DNA from: Candidatus Latescibacterota bacterium
GTDB lineage: Bacteria > Latescibacterota > CBDEFO01
NCBI GenBank assembly: GCA_965237525.1
Contig: CBDEFO010000008.1
Location: 1,664,001-1,728,000, forward strand
Direction of reading: 5' to 3'
DNA length: 64,000 bases
Part shown: positions 19,840-30,700 of the stretch, in pieces
Layout: each line of letters begins with the position of its first letter
Position numbering within the stretch: position 1 is the stretch's first letter
Program-made: the position numbers and the translations under genes
Notes under the pieces: model-generated
What the model was told of the DNA's origin: nothing
Seen by the model: the letters and a program-made list of their open reading frames with translations, nothing else
Databases searched by the model: none

Positions 19840-20934
19840 ATGGCACAACAGCATGAAGCAGAAATCCTCGTCTACATCGGAACTTCCACGAACGACCCAA
19901 GTGAAGGGATTTACGTCTATCGGCTAGATCCATCCTCAGGTGCCCTGGAATTTGCCAGCAAGGCCGCAGAAGTAGACAACCCCTTCTTTTTGACTATAGA
20001 TTCCCGGAAACGCTACCTTTACGCGGCCAACGGAGTCGAGGAGATTGACGGCCAGCCAGGCGGGGCTGTGAGCGTGTTCTCCATCGATTCAGAAACAGGG
20101 GAACTTACCTATTTAGATCAGCAGCTTTCAGGAGGATCCCTGCCATGCTATGTGCGTATCGAAAAGACCGGAAAATATCTACTTTCGGGGAATTATATGT
20201 CGGGTAGTGTGTCGGTTCTACCGATCTTAGAGGACGGTCGGCTGGGGCCGGCAACCGATACGGTCCAGCACGAAGGTTCCAGCGTCCACCCGCGGCAGGA
20301 GGGGCCTCATGTGCATTCCATCGTCCTGGATCCCGCCAGTCGCTTTGCTTTTGCGGCTGACCTTGGCATCGATAAAATTCTGATTTACCAGCTCGATTCG
20401 GCCCAGGGGAAACTAACGCCCAACGACCAGCCCTGGGTCCAGGTCCAGGCCGGCGCTGGGCCGCGCCATTTTGCCTTCCATCCGAATGGCCGGTACGCCT
20501 ATGTAATAAATGAGCTTGACAACACCTTTAACGTCTTCTCTTACGACGAAACGCACGGTACTCTTGCAGAGATTCAAACGATTTCTACCCTGCCCGAGGA
20601 TTTTACCGACACAAGTTACTGCGGGGATGTACAGATTTACCCGTCGGGAAAGTTTCTCTATGGCTCAAATCGCGGCCACGATAGCATCGCGATCTTCACA
20701 ATCGACGAAGCCACGGGCAAACTCAGCTCTGCCGGTCATGAGTCTACGCAGGGCCATTTTCCCTGGAACCTTGGCGTTGACCCAACGCATACGTTCTTGC
20801 TGGTCACCAATCAGGGCAGCGACACCGTCGTGGTATTTCGCATCGATCAGCAGACAGGACAGCTTATGTCAACAGGTCAGGTGATAGAGGTACCCAAGCC
20901 CGTATGTGTGAAGATGATGCACTGGTCCTCGTAA
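19840..20934 (+). CDS. pgl: 6-phosphogluconolactonase (7-bladed beta-propeller lactonase)
   Basis: YIGT, RQEGPHVH, ADLGID, GAGPRH, YGSNRGHDSI. Confidence 0.9.
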   Translation: MAQQHEAEILVYIGTSTNDPSEGIYVYRLDPSSGALEFASKAAEVDNPFFLTIDSRKRYLYAANGVEEIDGQPGGAVSVFSIDSETGELTYLDQQLSGGSLPCYVRIEKTGKYLLSGNYMSGSVSVLPILEDGRLGPATDTVQHEGSSVHPRQEGPHVHSIVLDPASRFAFAADLGIDKILIYQLDSAQGKLTPNDQPWVQVQAGAGPRHFAFHPNGRYAYVINELDNTFNVFSYDETHGTLAEIQTISTLPEDFTDTSYCGDVQIYPSGKFLYGSNRGHDSIAIFTIDEATGKLSSAGHESTQGHFPWNLGVDPTHTFLLVTNQGSDTVVVFRIDQQTGQLMSTGQVIEVPKPVCVKMMHWSS

Positions 20935-21292
20935 CGATATAGTGGATTGATAGAGAGCAGCGGCGGATGCTGGATACCATTCTTTAGATATGTTGGCAGT
21001 GGCCAAGACAGGGTGTACGCTGCGCGCCATGCTGCGCTTGGCCTGCGGGAACAGCTACGCAGGTCGCGTAGCCAACGCAAGTTGTGCGCCATGTCAGCCA
21101 TACCCAAAAAGATCGGCCCTGTCCTGAGGACGAGCATAGCGATTCCGGTCAGATCTTTACCCTGTGAATTAGTATTGTATCCTGCCGGCGTTTTGTCCAG
21201 GCACCCCGGATGGCCTTAATTGAACTCTTCGTATTCAGGTGGTGGAAATAGTCGCCTTATGTGTTTATATTGACCTACTTTCTTCTTGTCTT

Positions 21293-22063
21293 CTACCTGA
21301 ACTCCACGACACCGAACCTGGAAGGGTCATGAAACCCCACCTTATGCGTTGCTGACCATCCGGTGAACTCGGTCAACGGAAAATCGTTTCCCTCCGCTTT
21401 TGCCCTTAAACCTCCTTTCCTCTCTACCCTGTAGAGATTCAATCTCCATTGGTCGCCCTCATGGGGAGGGACGTTTACGGAGGCGGCTATATCCCCGAAG
21501 GCCTTCCAGGGGATGGCTATCTCCACGTTCCACCCAGTGTCTGTGTCATCTGGATCGTTGACCGTTCCGAACGGCATGACAGCCGTCTCAAGTCCCACGA
21601 TGTCCCAGTCCGCATCCGCCTGCCAAGGTGATGTCGTTATGACCTTCAAATCGAAAATAACGTTTAGAGGATTGACCTCCAGTTCTAAGTAGTTTTTCCC
21701 GTCGCCGTCTGGGTCTATGAATACCTCTGCGACCTCCTCAGTTGGCAACCCAGTAGTGTCCTCGACGGTCATAGTTGTCCACATCTCGGGGTCTTGGCAG
21801 GAGAAGGATACATATAGATTTTCCTCGTCCCAAAGTAGAGATGCCTCCGTATGACGCTCGATATCCGGGTAGTTGGAAAGGATCCTTTCGAAATCTCCCA
21901 CCCTTCGGGCGATTGCCCACGAGAACTCGTCAAAAATACCGTCTATCTTTATCTTTTCGGAAGTCTTGGAGCAGATATAGTGCTTAACGCCAGCAGGACC
22001 TGCCTCGGCAAAGCCGCAGAAAGGTACCATAAGGCCTAATAAGGCTGTGATGAATCGGTACAT
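21293..22063 (-). CDS. Secreted carbohydrate-binding family 9-like (DOMON-type) protein
   Basis: Signal peptide; IKIDGIFDE.SW, LLWDEENLY, EVFIDPDGDG, WRLNLYR, FH.P.RFG. Confidence 0.8.
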   Translation of the reverse strand: MYRFITALLGLMVPFCGFAEAGPAGVKHYICSKTSEKIKIDGIFDEFSWAIARRVGDFERILSNYPDIERHTEASLLWDEENLYVSFSCQDPEMWTTMTVEDTTGLPTEEVAEVFIDPDGDGKNYLELEVNPLNVIFDLKVITTSPWQADADWDIVGLETAVMPFGTVNDPDDTDTGWNVEIAIPWKAFGDIAASVNVPPHEGDQWRLNLYRVERKGGLRAKAEGNDFPLTEFTGWSATHKVGFHDPSRFGVVEFR

Positions 22064-22484
22064 AGTTACCTCCCTTGAAATGGCCTTCTCAAAAGTATCA
22101 GATTTGACTTTGGAAGTGTTAATGGTGAAATTGCAATGATTTCCAACGGCATCTGGAGATTACTGTTACACAATATTCTCATATTGCTGGTGCCTACGCT
22201 GACATTTATGCGGACCCCTCAAATAATTGTGACATATTTTGTCACAAGAGCCTTAGACTGTATAATTACACGGTATACATATCTTATATATAAACTTTTC
22301 TATCATATTCAGGGCAGTTTTCGAGTCGTATTACGCACTTTCAGCTTGACCTCTCAGTGCTTCAGACATATCTTACAGGATACCCAGCGACAATACTTAT
22401 CGTCTGATGTTGGACACAACAGGATGTGTTGCTAGAAAAGGGATTGCAGGCCTTCAAAATTTCTGCTGTAGTACTATGCAAATT

Positions 22485-23758
22485 TGTACTGCCCCCCTGG
22501 AAAGCGACATCAATTAAGCAACTTGGGGTAGTAGATAGAATTGTTTTCTCCACTCTTCTGGGGTCTTATATCCCAAGGATGAATGAAGCCTGTTGTTGTT
22601 GTAATTATCGATCCACTGAGATATGATCTTCTCAGCCTGTTCAAAGGATTCAAAATTGTGAAGCCAAACACACTCTTGCTTGAGGGTCCTGAAAAAACGC
22701 TCTACAACACCGTTCCAATCGGGCTTACCACTTGGTATGTACTCCTGACGAATTCCCCAATATTCGGTACTGGCCAAATAGGTCCGAGACAAAAAGATGG
22801 AGCCGTTGTCAGAGCGCAAAGTGAGACCCTGGGGGACAGCCTCTTTGGAGGTGTATCGAGAGATCACGGCCCGATCCAGGGCATCTGTGGCCTCCAGTGC
22901 GCTCCCTCTTCGACTAAAACGATACCCGGGAACCTCCCGACTCCCGTTGTCCACCACCACAATAAGAGGACACCAACCGTCTTTTCCACAATAGATCTTG
23001 GTCAAGTCAGCCGACCAGAGACTGTCAGGACGATCCATCACAGAACGCTTCTGGGCAACCTGTGGCCTCTTTCTCCCGGGGTCCCCGATTGATTCTATCG
23101 GGGATTCCACAGCTTACACTGCCACCCCCTAAGCTTGATTATCCTATGAACCTTCTTGATGTTGACACATTCCCCTTCCTTGAAACGAAGATGCGCCCAA
23201 ACCCGCCTGTGACCAAATGCCTCCTCTTGGTCGAGTATCCCTCGAACACGAAAAGCAAGCTGTTCATCTATCACAGACTCTTCGACAGAAGAACTGACAC
23301 CTCTATACCTAAGCCTATACAGAGTCGAACGATGCAAACCCAAAGCTACCACCTTCCGGGAATAGCCTCGACCCAAAAACCGCTCACTCAAGGCAACCGC
23401 TTTTTTAGACGGGCTACCTCCTCGAGTATCTCCAACTGGAGGGTTAAGTGCCCTACCTTACGCTCCAACCGGCTGACCTCCCACTCCTTCAGATCCTTGC
23501 GACCACGCCGAGACTTCAGACTCTCCTGGCCTCCTTCCAGGAAACTATCACGCCAAGCATACGCCTGTGACTGCCTAATTCCATTCTTCCGACACACCTC
23601 TGATACATTCGCTCCTTTCAAAACAGCCAACACCACCTCTACCTTACGGGTCGCCGTCCAGCGCTTACCATCTTTCACTTCGGGGCTTGACAATTTGACC
23701 TCCCTTCTCAAACCCCAATTTGCGAAATATTTGTCGCTCTGTCAAGGGGAGCGGTATG
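22485..23758 (-). mobile_element. IS3-family insertion sequence, copy 1 (orfA 23388-23711; orfB split at ~23090)
   Basis: HTH orfA, rve DDE (WSADLT, SDNGS, ERFFRTLK), A-AAA-AAG frameshift site, imperfect terminal IRs, 3-bp ATT target duplication (22482-22484 and 23759-23761). Confidence 0.92.
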
Positions 23759-23790
23759 ATTTAGGCTTCTATACAAAGAAAAGTTCGTAA

Positions 23791-25487
23791 TTAATATGTC
23801 AACGGATGTTTGGGCAGTGATAAAGTCCTCAAAAGGCTGAAACTAACCTGGAACTTGATTGGATCGATTTTCCAAGGTGTAGGATTATGAATCTCACCAC
23901 GTAGCCCAATGCGTACCTTCACATTTATAGACTTAACTACGTTCCAAGAAAAGGGGACTATCCCTCCACTTACTGCAAAGTGATTTTTCTTTGTAAATAC
24001 TCCTCCCCATGCCAATCCTGTATACAATCCTCGATTGCTGCCGCGAAAGGAAGTGTAGGTTATTCCGAAGTCACGGAAGAAGTCACGGATCTTGACATCC
24101 TTGCCCTTATTGGAGATATCGGTGATATCACTGTCGAAATAAAGTTCTACAGTACTAGTAGGTGGTATCAGGGACTTAATTATCGGAATATTATTAATTA
24201 TCGTGTTGACTAGGGCGTTTGGAGACCCAATTGTCCAATGAACCCCCCACTTTCAGTTTTTGCAGTGACTCCGATAGCCCGAAGCGGGAACAACCACAAC
24301 TTGAAAATATCATTTGGATGTTTATGGTCGTTATGCTTCCAAAGAGCACGATGCTTATTTATTCTCTTGGGCCATTCTCTCATTTTTTTGAACGCGGTAG
24401 GGACGATTTTAACTTTTTTGAGCTGGAACTTTTCGTCTTTACCCCAAAAACAGGATTTATGTTCCTCAAGAAATTTTTCAGTCTCAGTCAATGAGCTATC
24501 AAAGTCTACTATTTCAAGCAGATTATAAAGCTCACACATATCCTCTAGAGGGAACAATTCATATGTCCATCCATATGCCTTGTCGAATTTGGAGTCAATC
24601 TGTTCCTCATAATCCCTCATATAGTCACCAAAATAGTGCGACGACTGCCACGACTCCTCGAAAATAAGTGTACTGCCATCACGAGGAAACGAATACCACT
24701 GTCTAAATTTCCCGATTTTAGTCTCACCGCTCACTGTCATCACATCTCGCGACCCCCAGGTATCCTCGGCAAAAAGATTGGCATCCATACCCAAATCAAA
24801 GCACCCATCGAAGGTTCTATCTGGCGCACTGGCGTGTTTACCAAGCTCTACGAGTATGGGTATATGTTTGGGTAATTCTTTAGGCAATTTCCGGTCGACC
24901 TTTAATTCACGGCCAACGACCAAAACATTGTTCGCAGTGGCTCCCGTATGTCCGGCTCCGACTATCCCTCTAACTTTCCCATCGTCTTTATCTACGAATA
25001 CGAAAGCATGTTCACTATCATCGTTGTGGGCGTTCAATCCCTGATCATATAGGTAATAGAACCAATATTGGTAGACGTCTGTCGTAGGTACATTCTTAAA
25101 TTCTTTGGGGCCGGAATAGATAGCTCTCCTTGGGGGCTTCTGCGGCTCTTGCGGCGGTAGAGAATCATATTCGGGTAAACCTTCGAACCGCTCGATTAAC
25201 TTAAGAAGCTTCTTCTTGTCCTCTATGTTAATTTCGTTGGGATCCTCAAGGTCTATGTAACCATGACCGTCATTATCTATCCCATCGAACGCAAACGTAT
25301 GAGGCAGAGTAGGATACACACCCTCGTCTTTAGCAAGACACAGTATCGGTGCGTACTGTTTTATAGAGTCTAATTCCGTATGTTTGGAATTTTCACCTCC
25401 ATACGCTGCGAAACTGAATGATAACATCCCAGCTAATACACAGATGACTCGTAATGCGATAAACTGTCCTTTGTGATTTACACTCAT
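23791..25487 (-). pseudogene. Secreted hypothetical protein, frameshifted near 24215
   Basis: 425-aa ORF with signal peptide and YQYWFYY..N.H..D.EH motif; a shifted frame stays open from ~24215 to the stop at 23791. Confidence 0.55.
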
Positions 25488-25677
25488 CGTTCAAACCTCG
25501 TTTCTGACTTACTTTTTAACTCGACCAAATGCACAATCTTTTCATACTTGTGTTCCCTTGGCTTTTCTACAAACTTGCCAAGGATCTGCTTCCTCTTTAT
25601 TAGCCTAATTCGCCTCTCCTAAGTTTCATCCACTGAACTCGAAGCTCCGATTTTGGACACGGTGTAGGCACCAAAGC

Positions 25678-25715
25678 CAAAACGGGCTACAACCTAATCG
25701 TTGCAACCCGTTGTT
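25678..25715 (-). terminator. Putative intrinsic terminator next to the tRNA-3'-end duplicate
   Basis: Imperfect hairpin AACGGGTTGCAAC...GTTGTAGCCCGTT followed by a T-rich tract on the minus strand. Confidence 0.5.
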
Positions 25716-25720
25716 TGTTA

Positions 25721-25729
25721 TGGTGGGCG
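25721..25729 (-). repeat. Candidate att remnant: last 9 nt of tRNA-Val (CGCCCACCA)
   Basis: TGGTGGGCG identical to 34012-34020, cut exactly by the IS3 end at 25730. Confidence 0.55.
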
Positions 25730-26995
25730 CATACCGCTCCCCTTGACAGAGCGACAAATATTTCGCAAATTGGGGTTTGAGAAGGGAGGTCAAATTGTCA
25801 AGCCCCGAAGTGAAAGATGGTAAGCGCTGGACGGCGACCCGTAAGGTAGAGGTGGTGTTGGCTGTTTTGAAAGGAGCGAATGTATCAGAGGTGTGTCGGA
25901 AGAATGGAATTAGGCAGTCACAGGCGTATGCTTGGCGTGATAGTTTCTTAGAAGGAGGCCAGGAGAGTCTGAAGTCTCGGCGTGGTCGCAAGGATCCGAA
26001 GGAGCGGGAGGTTAGCCGGTTGGAGCGTAAGGTAGGGCAGTTAACCCTCCAGTTGGAGATACTCGAGGAGGTAGCCCGTCTAAAAAAAACGAAGCGGTTG
26101 CCTTGAGTGGGCGGTTTTGGGTCGAGGCTATTCCCACAAGGTGGTAGCTATGGCTTTGGCTTTGCATCGTTCGACTCTGTATAGGCTCAGGGATAGAGGT
26201 GTCAGTTCTTCTGTCGAAGAGTCTGTGATAGATGAACAGCTTGCTTTTCGTGTTCGAGGGATACTCGACCAAGAAGAGGCATTTGGTCACAGGCGGGTTT
26301 GGGCGCATCTTCGTTTCAAGGAAGGGGCATGTGTCAACATCAAGAAGGTTCAAAGGATAATGAAGCTTAAGGGGTGGCAGTGTAGGCTGTGGAATCGTAC
26401 CGGGAGAAAGGGGCCACAGGTTGCCCAGAAGCGTTCTGTGATGGATCGTCCTGACAGTCTCTGGTCGGCTGACTTGACCAAGATCTATTGTGGAAAAGAC
26501 GGTTGGTGTCCTCTTATTGCGGTGGTGGACAACGGGAGTCGGGAGGTTCCCGGGTATCGTTTTAGTCGAAGAGGGAGGGCACTGGAGGCCACAGATGCCC
26601 TGGATCGGGCCGTGATCTCTCGATACACTTCCAAGGAGGCTGTCCCCCAGGGTCTCACTTTGCGCTCTGACAATGGTTCCATCTTTTTGGCTCGGGACCT
26701 ATTTGGCCAGTACCGAATATTGGGGAATTCGCCAGGAGTACATATCAAGTGGTAAGCCCGATTGGAACGGTGTTGTAGAGCGTTTTTCAGGACCCCTCAA
26801 GCAAGAGTGTGTTTGGCTTCACAATTTTGAATCCTTTCAACAGGCTGAGAAGATCATATCTCAGTGGATCGATAATTACAACAACAACAGGCTTCATTCA
26901 TCCCTGGGATATAAGACCCCGGAAGAGTGGAGAAAACAATTCTATCTACTACACCAGGTTGCTTAATTGATGTCGCTTTCCAGGGGGGCAGTACA
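25730..26995 (+). mobile_element. IS3-family insertion sequence, copy 2 (degenerate, inverted relative to copy 1)
   Basis: Near-identical to copy 1; indels near 26090-26118 and ~26695; no target duplication (flanks GCG and GGT). Confidence 0.92.
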
Positions 26996-27652
26996 GGTCC
27001 CGTCTTTCGAGAGCGTCCCTGGACTCAACGGCAACGTAGCAGTCGCGAATGTTCCTGTCCTCGCAGAACCTCGTCGTCAGCCTCTCCTCCCACACGCTGG
27101 GCACCAAGATCAGGACGGTGCCGGGACGTCGGCTGTAGTCGTACTCCGCTATGGCCCTCAGCCGGTCGTAGAGTGACCGGCGACGCAGGGCCAGGCCCTG
27201 GCGCACCACGCCGAAGCTGCGGCCGTCGTCGAGGGTGATGGTAGCGTCGAAGCGCCCCCTGCGGTGGAACTCCACGCGGGACAGCAGCCCCTCGATGCCG
27301 GGAGACATCGAGGCGGCCAGTCGGTAGACTGCGGCCACCGCGTCCATTCTGCGGATGAGCAGCGTCAGCCACTCCCTGGACATGGGGTAGGCCCGCACGA
27401 AGTCCGAGGGAGTGTCGAAGCCGAGCGTCCAAGCGGCTTCGCCGATGCCCTTCGTCGTCAGGTGGTATCTCTGGCTGGATAGCAGGTGGACGGTCCCGTG
27501 GCTCACCCTCCCCACGATGCCCTCGGCCAGCAGGTCGGCCAGGGTTCGGTGGACCGTGGCGTGCGGCTCGCCTAGGATAAGCGCCAGCTCCGTCGAAGCG
27601 ACGAAGGCGTCCGGCTGAGGGCGTCGATCAGCTGTCCGTCGGTGAGGGCCAT
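26996..27652 (-). pseudogene. Winged-helix, replication-relaxation-like protein, frameshifted and truncated by IS3
   Basis: MALTDGQLIDALSRTP/FVASTELALILG...ADLLAEGIV; frameshift near 27607; C-terminus replaced by the IS end; family call tentative. Confidence 0.45.
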
Positions 27653-27754
27653 AGTTCGGGCCTACCAAAGGCGTAGTTGTGGTCAGTAGCCGTGAAGATG
27701 ACCCGAGAGAACGATGCAGCCTCGCCCCGATGCCACAGTTCTGCTCTCCCAGGG

Positions 27755-30700
27755 TTACATCAACGCGGTACAGCGGTCCAGGAACTCACTCACGTTTGGC
27801 GTGAGGCGTACCCATCCGAGTGCACTAAGCAACTGTCGCTTGAGTTGCTCCTGATCTAGCTGAGAGTCCCTCTCGCGAAGGGACTTGAGCATCGCCGCGA
27901 CTTCATCGGGAGGAAGCTCGTCGAGCTCTCGAGAACCCCGTTGACGGACGTTAACGCTGGGTGTACCAGGAATTCGCAGCACGAGTTGCCCCTGACCTTG
28001 GACATTGAAGGGGTTCGTGGCAACTATGGTCCCCTCTCGGATCGCTGCTGCGCTGGCACGATTTAGCGTTCGCCGCACAGGACCAGTCAATCGTCGGCTC
28101 CCAGACGCTTGATTGATCACGCGATAAGCTCGAATGGCGACAACGGGACCTTCCTGTTCGACTACCTCCGTCAGTAGGGACACGAGATCGGCTTGGTCTG
28201 GAGCATTCCGCAGATTTGGAATGGTGCCTGCTGGTGTCCACCCCGCATATGGTACCAGCCAACTGGCCTTGCCTACGTCTTCCCCTGCTGGTTCGATAGT
28301 GATGCCAGAGAAAGTGTACTGAGATAGTGCGCCCTGGCCGACATCGGACCCAGGATCCGATGTACTGAGTCGACTTGCGGACTGCGGGGGCTTTTCTGAC
28401 TCCTCCTCCCTTGGTTCGGAATCGCGAGTCTTACTGCTCGGGTAGTCTGAGGGAAGCTCCCGATTTACCTTGCCACCGTTGGCGATTGCCCGGCTGTGGG
28501 TCTCCACGCCGTCCGAGGTGATACCAGCAGTGGCCCCGGTCAGCCCTCCCCGCGAGAGGGTCTCAGGATGCGTGCTTTCTTCTCCTGTACCTTGAGCGGC
28601 TTGATCATTCTCTACTACGGAAGCATCACCAGATTCGCGCACCGCCTGGGACATTTCTATGGGCGAGACGGTCGCTTTGCGGCCCACATTGTCCTGCGTC
28701 GTAGGAAAAACACTACGTCGTTCAAGCGTCTCCCAAAGGTTCGCAAGCGCCTCGTCGGGATCGAGACGGAACACGCTTTCCCGAACCCGCCAGAACTCCC
28801 AGCCGCAGCGTTCCAGATCACGCTGGCGTGCGGCATCTTCTTCGTACCGATCCGGCCCGTGCCACACATCACCGTCACACTCGACGGCTAGGCTCCCGTT
28901 CATGCCCTGCACGACGAGATCAATGCGATGGCCGCCGACCTCGTGCTGCGGAATCACTCGGTATCCGCGGCGGGCGATACGCAGGAACACGTCGAGTTCA
29001 AACCAACTGTCGAATGGCGACGGCTGGTTACCAAGCTCCCGGCGGGCTTGGAGCGCCATCCGCTCCAGTTCGGACACATCGAGCCCCGACGCAGGCGCCA
29101 TCGCCACTGTGGGGTTCAGACAGTATTCGAGGAGCTGACGACGCACGCAATCCTGACGCCCAGACAGGTCGTTGAGAGTTGCGCTGTGAAAGAGGTGAAT
29201 CTGGTCCCGCGCACGACTTGCCGCGACATTGAACCGCCGTTGCGCCGTCTGATCAGTCAACGCTGGGATGTTACGGCCCCCGTTTGGCGCGGAAACCATG
29301 CAGAGGAACATCACGCCGCGCTCGTCACCCTGGAAGGCATAGGCGTCACCGCATACAAGCTGGCGGCTCTCCATCTCCTCTGGCCCAATCTCGCGTAGCA
29401 GGCGCGTCTCGATCAAACGCGCTTGGGCGTCGCCGGGGAGACTGATAACGCCTATAGTCTTGCCGTCGTAGGCAGGGTTGTTGCAGATGGAGGCGATTTC
29501 CTCCACGACTGCCTCTGCTTCGGGTAGGTTCACTGCACGTCCTGCCGTGCCTTGCTGATAACCATCGGGCACGTGCCGTGTCGCGACCGGCGGTTCGAGA
29601 CGGCCTGCGCCGTACTGGCGTAGTGGGATCAACGGCTCGGCGGCATAGGACAGATTGTTTGAGAACTGGATAATCTCGGGCATACAGCGGAAGTGCTCCC
29701 GCAGCCGAATGCGGCCCTTGAAGAAGATTTCGGCGAGGTCGAAGAAGCTGCCTCCCTGTGCGCCGAAAGCGTCCGCGTGCGGAAGGTACCGGAGATAGCG
29801 GTCGCGGAGTTGATTGACGGCCTCGAAGTTGACGCCCGCATCCGTAGGGTGAATCTGCTTATCGTCACCAACGACCACAATCTTTTTCGCCAGCCAGGCC
29901 AGCAGCAGCGCCTCTGGACCAGACTGACTGGCCTCGTCGATAATGGCGATGTCGAAAAGGTCGGGCTCCTGCTGGATGGTCTCGGCCACGCGGTGGAGGG
30001 GCATAACCCAGGCCGGGATAGCGGTTCTGCACTTGTTGAGGTGTTCCCTCGCATCACGGCGGTGCTGGGGCGCGTACTTACCAGTTCCCTTTCCAATTCT
30101 GCGCATTGCCTGCTGCCATGCGAGCAAATGTCGCCGCTCGTCATCCGTCATGTGATCGAAGCAGTGCGCCCAAGCCTTTTCGGCCGGAGAGTTTCTCAAG
30201 AGTGCGAGACAGGGCTTGTTTCCTAGCGTCGAACTCCAACCGGTGTTGTTGCTCCGAATCCGGGGCGGCCAAGCGCGTGACCCAAGCATGCGCCCGGGAC
30301 CAATTCCAGGCACGCTCGAAGTCCGCGGCTCTCTCATCCCAGACGGTATCAGAAGGCATTGCTGTGAGCATTTCTGCCAGTCCGGGTGCTCCAGCCGTCA
30401 ACGTACTAAGCAACGTCAATTTGCGGTCAAGCTGTGCTGCCAGTTCAAGATTGCCTGCTGCTCGCTTACGCGCGGTCGTGTAAGTCGATGTGTCGCGGTT
30501 CGTGACGGCAACTGCCAACTGTTCCACTACAGGGTCTAGTTGGCCTCGACTGCGTTGAGCACGCAGTTCTTCAATCACCCGATCAATTTGGTCGCGGGCG
30601 GCCTCATACCGCTGCGCTACCTCGAATGCGGCGAGGGCATCGCTTAGGCGATCCTAACGAAGTACGGTCCGACCAATCGGGTTCTGAGGTCCCAGGCATG

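Noticed and set aside
20937..21240. Possible transposase remnant (MAHNLRWLR) or small ORFs
   Set aside because: Too short and degenerate to assign without a search
19250..21510. DGR template/variable repeat pair at the C-terminus of a ligand-binding protein
   Set aside because: Mismatches are not adenine-specific, include indels, and no reverse transcriptase is present
22228..22248. TTGTGACA-N5-TGTCACAA palindrome as a CRP site
   Set aside because: TGTGA-TCACA spacing is 9, not 6; possibly another regulator's site but unsupported
22485..26995. Composite transposon carrying the 23791-25487 gene
   Set aside because: Copy 1 has its own target duplication and the outer flanks do not match
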